Source of the DNA: Candidatus Obscuribacterales bacterium
Lineage (GTDB): Bacteria; Cyanobacteriota; Vampirovibrionia; Obscuribacterales; Obscuribacteraceae
DNA: 64,000 nucleotides
Direction of reading: 5' to 3'
Assembly: GCA_965228855.1 (NCBI GenBank)
Contig: CBDDIJ010000003.1
Coordinates: 1,824,001-1,888,000 of the forward strand
Of the stretch, positions 55,628 to 64,000 are shown in pieces. The notes under the pieces were generated by a model that was given only the letters and a program-made list of their open reading frames with translations, was not told where the DNA came from and ran no database searches. Within the stretch, counting starts at the first letter, position 1, and each line of letters opens with the position of its first letter. Both the position numbers and the translations under genes were made by a program.

Positions 55628-57079
55628 ATGACTCAGAACGAAAGTCCCCAGATCCCTTATCTGCCGCATACGAAAGGCGATCGAGAGGCAATGCTGGAAA
55701 CCATCGGCGCAAAGACTTTCGAAGACCTGGTCTCCCACATTCCGAAACAACTTCGCATCGAAGCGCTGAAAGTTCGAGAAGGACTTTCTGAACTCGAACT
55801 CGTCAAAGAGATTCAAGCGCTGGCAGCAAAGAACACGCCGGCTTCGCAACAACACTCCTTCCTGGGCGGTGGTTCATATCGACGTTACGTGCCATCAGTG
55901 GTTTCACAGGTGATATCACGTTCGGAATTCGCAACAGCATATACACCATACCAACCAGAAGTATCGCAAGGCAGCTTGCAGGTCATATACGAGTTCCAGA
56001 CAGCGATTTGCCTGTTAACTGGAATGGATGTAGCAAACGCCTCGATGTACGACGGTCCGACCGCTTGTGCTGAAGCGGGTCTGATGGCCGCGCGACTCAC
56101 CAACAGAAAAAAGATTGCGATACTCCGCTCGGTAAACCCAGAATACCGCATGGTGTCTCACGCTTACGCAAAAGCATGCGGTCTCGACTTTAACGTCATT
56201 GATACCGCCGACGGCATCGTGAAGACCGACGATCTCAAGCTCGATTCAGAAACAGCCGCGCTCATCGTCCAGTATCCTAACTTCTTTGGATGCTTCGAGG
56301 ACCTGGAAGCGGTTTCTAAAAAGGCAAAAGAAGCGGGCGCTTTGCTGGTTGTCGTTACCGATCCGATCGCTCTTTCGATTCTTACGCCACCAGGAGATCT
56401 GGGAGCGGACATTGTAGTCGGCGATGCTCAGCCCTGTGGAAACTTCCTGTCATTCGGCGGTCCATCAGCCGGATACATGGCTTGCAAAAAGGATTTCGTC
56501 AGACAGCTGCCCGGTCGACTTGCCGGCATCACAGTGGATAAGAACGGGAAACGCGCTTTCACACTGACGCTTCAAACTCGTGAGCAACACATCCGCCGCG
56601 CCCGAGCGACGTCCAACATCTGCACCAACCAGGCGTTAAACGCGCTCGCCATGCTGGTTTACCTCACCCTCCTCGGCAAGACCGGATTGCAGCAAATCGC
56701 CACAATCTCTTTGCAACGAACTCACTATTTGTTCGACCAGGTGACGAAACTCACTGGCGTCAAGCCTTTATATAAGCATCAGTTTTTCAATGAGTTTGTT
56801 TTGAAATTCGATGCAAACGTCGAACACGTTTTCGAAAAGATGCAAAGCAAAGGATATCTGCCGGGCATCACGTTAACACGCATGCTTCCGGAACTGGAGA
56901 ATTGTTTACTTGTTGCGGTCACCGAGATGAATTCGAAAGAAGAGCTCGACGGTTACGTCGCCGCCATGAAAGAGACTCTTGACGAAATTGCCAGAGGCGA
57001 CCTTGCCGGCACGAAAAATGACAATCTGAGAAAAAAAGAAGCTAAAGGCATGGCGTTAGCCGGCAAGCAAGAGTCTTAA
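55628..57079 (+). CDS. gcvPA: glycine dehydrogenase (decarboxylating) subunit 1
   Basis: PYLPHT, TAYTPYQPEVSQG, ANASMYDG, LQTREQHIRR, ATSNICTNQ. Confidence 0.96.
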   Translation: MTQNESPQIPYLPHTKGDREAMLETIGAKTFEDLVSHIPKQLRIEALKVREGLSELELVKEIQALAAKNTPASQQHSFLGGGSYRRYVPSVVSQVISRSEFATAYTPYQPEVSQGSLQVIYEFQTAICLLTGMDVANASMYDGPTACAEAGLMAARLTNRKKIAILRSVNPEYRMVSHAYAKACGLDFNVIDTADGIVKTDDLKLDSETAALIVQYPNFFGCFEDLEAVSKKAKEAGALLVVVTDPIALSILTPPGDLGADIVVGDAQPCGNFLSFGGPSAGYMACKKDFVRQLPGRLAGITVDKNGKRAFTLTLQTREQHIRRARATSNICTNQALNALAMLVYLTLLGKTGLQQIATISLQRTHYLFDQVTKLTGVKPLYKHQFFNEFVLKFDANVEHVFEKMQSKGYLPGITLTRMLPELENCLLVAVTEMNSKEELDGYVAAMKETLDEIARGDLAGTKNDNLRKKEAKGMALAGKQES

Positions 57080-57130
57080 CCCGAGAAAGAAATTGTTTGG
57101 GTTTGTATAATCGAACTCAGACATCAGCTG

Positions 57131-57982
57131 ATGCTGGGTCGAAAGACTCGAGGAATTTTTCGGATGCAATCAAATCATCGTCTTGAAGAAACCACTGCCC
57201 AGGATGGTTCGGAACAGTCACGAGACGAAAGAAATGGAAACACGACGGAGCCGGCAAGAAAATCGATGAACGTTGAGACTCAAAATTCGGACAAAGTCTC
57301 TATGGTGAAGGGGCTGTTCAGAGAAGGCATTGAGCTTGTCGTCGTTACTCTCATTCTCCTGATTGTGATCAGACTCTGCATCGGCGAAGCTCGATATATA
57401 CCTTCGGCATCCATGGAGCCGACTCTGCAGATCAACGACCGTTTAATCGTCGAAAAGATAACGAAAAACCTCGGTCACCCCATTCAACGGGGCGACATTT
57501 TGGTTTTCTATCCGCCGCCGGTTGAGATGGGCGGCGTGGATTTGAAAAACGATCCGCTTACGCTGCTGGGACGCTGGACCGGTCTGCCGTTCCTTCCCAA
57601 CGATGCGGCGTTCATTAAACGCGTGGTCGGGCTTCCCGGCGACCATATTCGCATTCAACAGGGCGCAGGAGTTCTCGTCAACGGTCAGCTGCTGGACGAA
57701 TCGGGTTACATAAAGGAAATTCCAAACTACGACCTCAACGTTCTGGGCGATATACAGGGGCGAAACACGCTCGGCGAGTTTATTCACCCTTACGACAAGC
57801 GCCCGAACGACCCAATCATCGTACCGGCTGGTCATCTTTTCATGATGGGCGACAACCGCAACAATAGCGAGGACAGCCATGTCTGGGGTTTCCTGGACGA
57901 AAAACGAGTTATTGGTCGAGCCTGGGTGCTGATCTGGCGCCGTTTAAACCCGCCGACATACCCGCCAATCTTGAGCGAATAG
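57131..57982 (+). CDS. lepB: signal peptidase I
   Basis: IPSASMEPTL, FIKRVVG, MGDNRNNSEDS. Start uncertain. Confidence 0.95.
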   Translation: MLGRKTRGIFRMQSNHRLEETTAQDGSEQSRDERNGNTTEPARKSMNVETQNSDKVSMVKGLFREGIELVVVTLILLIVIRLCIGEARYIPSASMEPTLQINDRLIVEKITKNLGHPIQRGDILVFYPPPVEMGGVDLKNDPLTLLGRWTGLPFLPNDAAFIKRVVGLPGDHIRIQQGAGVLVNGQLLDESGYIKEIPNYDLNVLGDIQGRNTLGEFIHPYDKRPNDPIIVPAGHLFMMGDNRNNSEDSHVWGFLDEKRVIGRAWVLIWRRLNPPTYPPILSE

Positions 57983-58056
57983 CCTCAGTTTGACGCCTGA
58001 CGGTAGAACTCTGTTCAGGGAGGCGGAACCGCAGCCGCGTGTGCGCCGCGCCAGGT

Positions 58057-58085
58057 TGACATTATCGCTGTAAACCTCAATACTT
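58057..58085 (+). promoter_or_regulatory. possible sigma70-type promoter
   Basis: TTGACA, 17-nt spacer, AATACT upstream of the GAF/HD gene. Confidence 0.4.
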
Positions 58086-58213
58086 CAATTTATCGCCGGT
58101 GCGCAGGGTCTCGAGCCTTGAAACTTGTTGTTTAGTTTCCCTTCGTCGCTTCAATTTTTGCCGGTGCGAATGGGTATATAAGATCGGTGTTTCGTATTAA
58201 GGGGATTGGTTAA

Positions 58214-59725
58214 ATGGCTAAGGCTTCTGGCTCCCACACTGCTTCTACAGGCAAAGCAGCCTCAGAAGAGGACAAGAAGGCGAAAAAACCTGCAAAGGAA
58301 GCTGATAAGCCGAAGAAGGGCGCAAAAGCGCCTGTATCCAAGAATGGTACGGCTAAAGACAAGTCCCCCGAACTTCACGCTTTCGAGGAAGAGCTAAATC
58401 GGCGCGAAGTATCGCTTATCGAGCGCGAAATCAAAACAATACGGATGCAGGAAGAGCTCGATCGACTTCGCCCTCTTTCAGGTCTTTATCGAGTGGTGAA
58501 GGCGATGGCTACCGAAAGGCGCCTCGATTCGTTGCTCGACACTATCACCAGGGAAACGCAGGCAATGCTCAAAGCAGACCGCTGTAGCGTTTTCGTGGTC
58601 GATTCCACTACGGACGAACTCTGGACACAAGTAGCGCAGGGACTGGAAGGGTTCCGGATGATTCGCATACCGGTTTCCGGCACAAGCATCGTGGCTTGGT
58701 GTGCGCGTTCCGGCGACATCATCAATATTCCGGACGCCTATGACGATGAGCGTTTCGACCCTGCCGTCGACAAAGCGACTGGTTACAGAACCAGAAGCGT
58801 TCTGTGTGTACCCATGCAGAACCGCAGTGGGCAAGTGATTGGTGTATTTCAGGTTTTAAACAAAAAAGACGGTCCGTTCACAAGCGAAGATGAAGACTGG
58901 CTTGAGGGCTTGGCGGCCGTCGCAGCTGGTTTGATCGAACAAGCGCAGGCCTACCAGGAAATCGAAAGTTTCGTAGACCAGACGCTGATGGTGCTGGCTC
59001 AAACGATTGATAAACGCGACCCTCTCACCGCCGGTCACTCAATCCGCGTGACCAAGTACAGTCTGTTGATCGGACAATCACTGATCATTCCTGACGAAGA
59101 CATAGATATTTTGCGGTATTCAGCGATGATGCACGATTATGGCAAAATCGGAGTACCGGAAGCCGTGCTCTGGAAGAACGGCAGACTGACGCCGGAAGAG
59201 TATGCCTGTGTTCAAACACACGCACGCATCACTTTCGACTTGCTCTCCAACTTGCCTTTCACCAAGCGGCTTGCGGCGGTTCCATTCGTCGCGTCCTGCC
59301 ACCATGAGAAGCTTGACGGTTCAGGCTACTACCGTGGACTCAAGGGAGAAGAAATTCCATTTCTTGCGAAGATTATCGCTGTGGCAGACGTGTTCGACGC
59401 ACTAACATCTGTTCGTCACTATCGTAATCGTATGCCTATAGACAAGGTTCACGAGATTCTCGAATCCGGTCGCAACAATCACTTTGAGAGCCGCTGCGTA
59501 GACGCATTTTTGCGCCTGCCGTGCCAGCAGGTGCTGAGCGTTATGGAGTCTGAGCGCGACAGGAACTCTAGCGAAGATCTCGAGCGTTTCGGCAGTATCA
59601 CCTGGGCTCGCCTCACCGAGCTTGTGTCCGGAGCAGAACCGAAAGGCGAAGAAGCCGGCATCGTAGAAATCTTCGAACGCATGTACAACTTTGGTTTGCC
59701 TGAAGGCTATAAGGCTCTAGACTAA
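58214..59725 (+). CDS. GAF + HD-GYP-type phosphodiesterase
   Basis: GAF (ADRCSVF, DKATGYRTRSVLCVP, NKKDGPF); HD domain (GHSIRV, MHDYGKIG, HHEKLDGSGYY, ADVFDALT). Confidence 0.92.
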   Translation: MAKASGSHTASTGKAASEEDKKAKKPAKEADKPKKGAKAPVSKNGTAKDKSPELHAFEEELNRREVSLIEREIKTIRMQEELDRLRPLSGLYRVVKAMATERRLDSLLDTITRETQAMLKADRCSVFVVDSTTDELWTQVAQGLEGFRMIRIPVSGTSIVAWCARSGDIINIPDAYDDERFDPAVDKATGYRTRSVLCVPMQNRSGQVIGVFQVLNKKDGPFTSEDEDWLEGLAAVAAGLIEQAQAYQEIESFVDQTLMVLAQTIDKRDPLTAGHSIRVTKYSLLIGQSLIIPDEDIDILRYSAMMHDYGKIGVPEAVLWKNGRLTPEEYACVQTHARITFDLLSNLPFTKRLAAVPFVASCHHEKLDGSGYYRGLKGEEIPFLAKIIAVADVFDALTSVRHYRNRMPIDKVHEILESGRNNHFESRCVDAFLRLPCQQVLSVMESERDRNSSEDLERFGSITWARLTELVSGAEPKGEEAGIVEIFERMYNFGLPEGYKALD

Positions 59726-60013
59726 CTCTGAGGTCACTGAACCTCAGCTTGAGCATTCAGATGTTCAAATCTTCAGGCTAAGACTTTTCTTAGATTGACA
59801 CCATTTTCAAGCAGAGGTTGTCGAGACCGCTGCCGGTGAGCGTTGACGCACTCGCCCAAAAGCGTGACTGGCAACGGAACGCAACGGTGAGTAACTTATG
59901 AAATGCTTCCTCTTTAAAAGCTGCCTGAGTTATTTATAGAATCTATTTTGCCCGGCACATACTATTCGCCGGCTCGTCGCTCGGTTTGAAACTTAGTGAC
60001 CGCAATAGGAACT

Positions 60014-60973
60014 ATGACAACGATAAAACTATTGAGCAAAGCATTTTTCTCCGCACTACTGGCGGTAGCATTCATCGCGGAATGCGGTCCGCAGGCGTCC
60101 GCACAAGCGCCCGGCGTCGGTCGTGGAAGAATGGCCGGAATGGCTTTTCAAAATCCCGGAAGAGCACTGGAGTATGGTCAAACCGACGACTATCTGAAGC
60201 TCGACAAAGAAGGCAAGCCAATCTATAAGCCCGGCAAGGAGCCTAAGGAAAGCAATAAAACAGTCACTGTCTATGAAGACGAAAACGATGAAGTCGCAGA
60301 TGCGGAGCCGGTGAAGGAAGGCGAAGTAACTATTGTCGCCACGGTAGCGGTTCCCCACATGAAGAAGAGTCTCACTCAGGTTACTGCTTATCCTTATCCG
60401 ATGAAGCCTCCGGCGATCAAACAGAAGATCAAGCTGTTGCCGGACAAAGACAAACAGCTCAAGCAGATGATGTTGTCGACCGGCTATTTCAGCCGCGCTT
60501 CGCTGGACGTACCGTATCCGCCAGGTGGCTGGCGTTGGCAATATGCTTTTTCAAAGGCGATCAAAAACAGCAAGATATCGCTTCCGCATTCCATATTCGA
60601 GCACTACCAGTGGGCAGATCGAATGGTGCCGTTCATGAAAGAACAAACCAAAATCTACAACAGGTTTGAACGTGAGCGCGTTGACGCCTATAACGCTGCC
60701 TTGGCCGAATACAACGACAACCGCACCGAAATCGAAGACGCCTCGATGCAACGCGGACTGCAGCCAGTACCGATGAAACGTGTGTACCTTAAGAGTGGCA
60801 AAGTAGGATTGCACTATGCCGGGAATTTGAAGTCCGGCAAATGGTGGATTATCGCGACGCATCGCGTGCCGGGCTTGAAATACTTCTGGCTTTTGCCGGC
60901 TGAAATCGGCGACAAGAAAGAGCGAATTATATTGAACGAAGGCAACGCCATATACGTCGAAGGCGGCTGGTAG
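60014..60973 (+). CDS. hypothetical secreted protein
   Basis: ATG 60014 after AGGA; signal peptide ending ASA. Confidence 0.7.
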   Translation: MTTIKLLSKAFFSALLAVAFIAECGPQASAQAPGVGRGRMAGMAFQNPGRALEYGQTDDYLKLDKEGKPIYKPGKEPKESNKTVTVYEDENDEVADAEPVKEGEVTIVATVAVPHMKKSLTQVTAYPYPMKPPAIKQKIKLLPDKDKQLKQMMLSTGYFSRASLDVPYPPGGWRWQYAFSKAIKNSKISLPHSIFEHYQWADRMVPFMKEQTKIYNRFERERVDAYNAALAEYNDNRTEIEDASMQRGLQPVPMKRVYLKSGKVGLHYAGNLKSGKWWIIATHRVPGLKYFWLLPAEIGDKKERIILNEGNAIYVEGGW

Positions 60974-60982
60974 TCGGCGCTG

Positions 60983-62725
60983 CTAGTTCTTGAGTGGAAA
61001 CGACAGATCGTGAAGGACCACCTGAACAGTCGGTTTCGCGCTCATTTTCGCTCGCAGGAGTTTCATAACGGTCTCGCGCAGCGAAGACTTCAACGGACCA
61101 AGCTCCAGTCCATCCTCTTGACCGGGTAATTTATCAGCGAATCTCTTAACGGTGCTCACTATGGCCTCGTTGAGTTCGTCCCGGGTATCAAGCCATTCTC
61201 TAGACTTGATAAAGCCCGAGGCACCGGCCGTGATACTGGGTCCAGAGACGATCTCACCTGCATTATTCACCGCCAGTGATACCGTGACAACGCCTTCCAT
61301 GCTGAGCGCGCGGCGTTCTTGTACAGAGTAGGTCGTAACTCGTTCGCCCTGCTCGCGGTTGTAGAGGACCGATTGCGACTCCACTGTGCCAATCACCGAG
61401 GCGACGCCGTTTTTAACTTCCAGGATATCGCCATTTTTAATTGGAAACACGTTTTCTTCGTCCATGCCCCATTCGATAGCTAGCTGCGCATGGTGCATGA
61501 TATGGCGACCTTCGCCGACTGTCGGAATGAAATATCGCGGTCTGGTCATAGACAGCATAAGCTTGAGTTCCTCACGGCTTGCATGTTTACTCACATGCAC
61601 CGTAGGACCTTGAATTGTTTTAACTCCCAATGAAAGCAGTTGATCGAGCACTTGAGCCATGTGTCGCAATTTGCCCGGCACGATGTTTGCCGAGTAAATC
61701 ACGGTATCGCCGTCTTTCAACTTTGCATCGGGATTTCCGCCGAAGGCGAGCACGTCCAGAACCATCAGTGGTTCTTCATCTATGCCACTTGCAATTACGA
61801 GCACTTCTTCATCAGGAAGAGCGCGCAGCTGTTCGACAGTCGCTTCGATTTGGCGATCATATATAAGGTTGCCGGTTACTACTGCCGACAAAGCTGTTGC
61901 GACGAGTGATTCTCCACTGAGCACCACTTTGCGACCGGTTGCCAGCGCGACATCGAACAAAATTTGAAGGCGATGAGTGTTTGTGCCAGGGAAAACAACA
62001 AAGACGCGACCTTTCGCGTTATTCACGTGTTTGAGCAGTTCAGCTTTGACGCTGATTTCCGATGGAGTATATCCGCGGTTTTCAACGCCGGCCGAATCGC
62101 TTATCAATGCCAGGACGCCTTTATCTCCGCTACCCGCTAAACCGTTTATGTCCAAAAATCGCTTATCTACAGGCGTCTGATCCAGTTTGAAACTCGATGT
62201 ATAAACGACGATACCCTCAGGAGTGGTTATTCGAAGCGCGCAGGCATCAGCGATTGCATTATTGACATGCATCCACTCAACTTCGAACGGTCCAATCTGG
62301 TATGCCTTGCGAACCTCCACAGTGTCGAGAACCTCGGCCAGCAAGTTTTGCTCCGCGGTCCGCGTCGGCGAGGCGATATTCGACTGGCTGAGAAGTTGAG
62401 AAACGAACCGCGGCGCCATGACCTTTGGGATAGCGAGGTGCCGGAGAAGGTAGTTGACGGCACCACAGTGCTCTTCGTGACCATTTGTGAGCAAGAGGGC
62501 GAGAATGCGCTCTTGATTAGCCTCGAGAAAGTTAGTGTTCGGGAAAAGCAGATCGACGCCCGGCAGATCCTCAGCCGGATACGCAGCACCGGCATCGACA
62601 AGAATCATCTCGCCGCCGAATTGCAGAATCCAGAGCATCTGCCCGAGCTCATTTTGCCCACCCAGTGGGATGAGAGCGAGGCTGTCATATTGTATGTCGG
62701 CGGTACCGGTGGCGATGTGTGCCAT
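60983..62725 (-). CDS. rnj: ribonuclease J family protein with degenerate metal-binding motifs
   Basis: IPLGGQNELG, PGVDLLFP, FKLDQTPVD, GYTPSE, HVSKHAS, ERRALSMEG. Confidence 0.85.
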   Translation of the reverse strand: MAHIATGTADIQYDSLALIPLGGQNELGQMLWILQFGGEMILVDAGAAYPAEDLPGVDLLFPNTNFLEANQERILALLLTNGHEEHCGAVNYLLRHLAIPKVMAPRFVSQLLSQSNIASPTRTAEQNLLAEVLDTVEVRKAYQIGPFEVEWMHVNNAIADACALRITTPEGIVVYTSSFKLDQTPVDKRFLDINGLAGSGDKGVLALISDSAGVENRGYTPSEISVKAELLKHVNNAKGRVFVVFPGTNTHRLQILFDVALATGRKVVLSGESLVATALSAVVTGNLIYDRQIEATVEQLRALPDEEVLVIASGIDEEPLMVLDVLAFGGNPDAKLKDGDTVIYSANIVPGKLRHMAQVLDQLLSLGVKTIQGPTVHVSKHASREELKLMLSMTRPRYFIPTVGEGRHIMHHAQLAIEWGMDEENVFPIKNGDILEVKNGVASVIGTVESQSVLYNREQGERVTTYSVQERRALSMEGVVTVSLAVNNAGEIVSGPSITAGASGFIKSREWLDTRDELNEAIVSTVKRFADKLPGQEDGLELGPLKSSLRETVMKLLRAKMSAKPTVQVVLHDLSFPLKN

Positions 62726-62835
62726 GAATCATTCACGTGTAAGCTATCAAACAATTGTATAGGTGTTCGCTTGTGGGATCTTCTAAAAACTCATAAGGCG
62801 TAAAATCTCATTATCGTAATTCGAGGTTGCAGCTC

Positions 62836-64000
62836 ATGAAAACCACTCTCCCAACCGCCGAGGATTTGCTGTTTGGACCAGCGCTCTCGGATAAAAAACA
62901 TAAAGCGATCATCCAGGCGCTGAAGGATGACGAGGTTGAGGATAGTTACGAACAGTTTTACAGCCGCGTCGGCGGTTTCGAAAAATTTCTGCAAGACAAA
63001 GGCGTCAAGAAAGGCGACGTCCTCGTCTTCTTGAGCCCAAACACCATCGCCCTTGCAGTCGGAATCCTGGGCACCTGGCGCAACGAAGCCATGGCTGTCC
63101 CAATCGACTTCAAGATGACTGCCCCTGAAGTGGCGAATGTGGTGAAGAGCACCAGGGCAAAATACATCTTCATGTCCAAGCGTTTTCCAGAGAAAGATAA
63201 ACTGCGAACGCTTCTGGCGGACGATCAAGATAAGATTTTGGAACTCGAACTATCTGTTCCGGAGCCGAGCGAAGCGTTTGCTTATGAGCAGAAACCGTTC
63301 AAAGACGATTTCGATGCACTAATGATTTTAACTTCGGGAACCACCGGCGTTCCGAAAGGCGCTGTGCATACGTTTAAAACGTTGATAGCGAACCTCGTTG
63401 AACTCGGAGAAGTGGCTGCGCTCGATAACGATATCAAGTCGCTTTTGCCGCTTCCAGTGAGCCACATCTTCGGTCTTGAAGTACTCTCCGCCTGCTTGAT
63501 GCATGGTGCCACCACTATTTTTGCGGAACTGGAACCGACTAAATTTGTTCAGGCCATAAACGGTTATAAACCTGAAATCATTTCCGGTGTTCCGCTCATG
63601 TACGACGGACTGCTGCGCGCTCCGGCTTTAGCGGTGCATCTGGACAATGCAAAAATATTGCTCTGCGGAGGAGCACCACTGCCGGTGGCGTTAGCCGAGG
63701 ACTTCGAAAAGAGATATAAGAAACGGATCAACAATGGCTACGGCTCGACCGAATCGAAAATCATCGCTTTGAATTTAGACGGACCGAAAGAATCTATCGG
63801 CAAAGTCGTTCCGTCTTGCAAGATAAACATCATCTCCGAAGATGGGCAGAAGCAGCCGGAAGGCAAAGAGGGCGAGATCGTTATCGATAGCCCGCATCTT
63901 ATGAAAGAATACTTCGATCAACCGGAGAAAACGAAAGAAGTGCTCACCGCCGATGGATACAAAACCGGCGACGTGGGTTATTACAAAGATGGCTATTTGT
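62836..64000 (+). CDS. AMP-binding enzyme (long-chain acyl-CoA ligase-like); runs off the right edge
   Basis: Hand-translated from ATG 62836 (MKTTLPT...): ILTSGTTGVPKG, LPVSHIFG, CGGAPL, NGYGSTE, YKTGDVG. Confidence 0.9.
   Translation, partial: MKTTLPTAEDLLFGPALSDKKHKAIIQALKDDEVEDSYEQFYSRVGGFEKFLQDKGVKKGDVLVFLSPNTIALAVGILGTWRNEAMAVPIDFKMTAPEVANVVKSTRAKYIFMSKRFPEKDKLRTLLADDQDKILELELSVPEPSEAFAYEQKPFKDDFDALMILTSGTTGVPKGAVHTFKTLIANLVELGEVAALDNDIKSLLPLPVSHIFGLEVLSACLMHGATTIFAELEPTKFVQAINGYKPEIISGVPLMYDGLLRAPALAVHLDNAKILLCGGAPLPVALAEDFEKRYKKRINNGYGSTESKIIALNLDGPKESIGKVVPSCKINIISEDGQKQPEGKEGEIVIDSPHLMKEYFDQPEKTKEVLTADGYKTGDVGYYKDGYL

Noticed and set aside
1..64000. CRISPR array, prophage, IS element or defence island
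   Set aside because: No regularly spaced repeats and no integrase, transposase, cas or phage genes recognised by eye.

Overview
Gene-dense bacterial chromosome segment. Cyanobacteria-type genes (ictB-family next to DUF4330, HAS-barrel protein, GHL10 hydrolase) without any photosynthesis genes suggest a non-photosynthetic Cyanobacteriota member (Vampirovibrionia/Melainabacteria, probably Obscuribacterales). This placement is an inference. Housekeeping genes include smpB, rpsL-rpsG-fusA (no tuf), tRNA-Val, tRNA-Cys, fmt-rsmB, pth, gcvPA, lepB and an RNase J paralogue. The main feature is a ~9 kb minus-strand respiratory operon (45212-54202): ccoN, ccoO fused to a cytochrome c, ccoS, a 56-aa membrane peptide, a dihaem c lipoprotein, a Rieske protein, cytochrome b #1, two small membrane proteins, cytochrome b #2 fused to a 2x[4Fe-4S] domain, an MvhD-like [2Fe-2S] protein and a 40-aa membrane peptide. 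The two cytochromes b are complementary. #1 keeps a Qo-like motif but has lost both haem bH His ligands. #2 keeps all four His ligands, has a degenerate Qo motif and carries Fe-S clusters. This suggests an asymmetric complex III-IV with a cytoplasmic Fe-S arm. As I recall, a combined III-IV operon with two cytochromes b has been reported in Melainabacteria genome surveys, so the candidate novelty is the asymmetry and the MvhD arm rather than the operon itself. Other notes: probable pseudo-enzymes (RNase J, TraB), a CTG start codon, unannotated small ORFs and a candidate ~300-nt structured RNA. No CRISPR array, integrase or transposase was seen. All calls were made by eye, without database searches.
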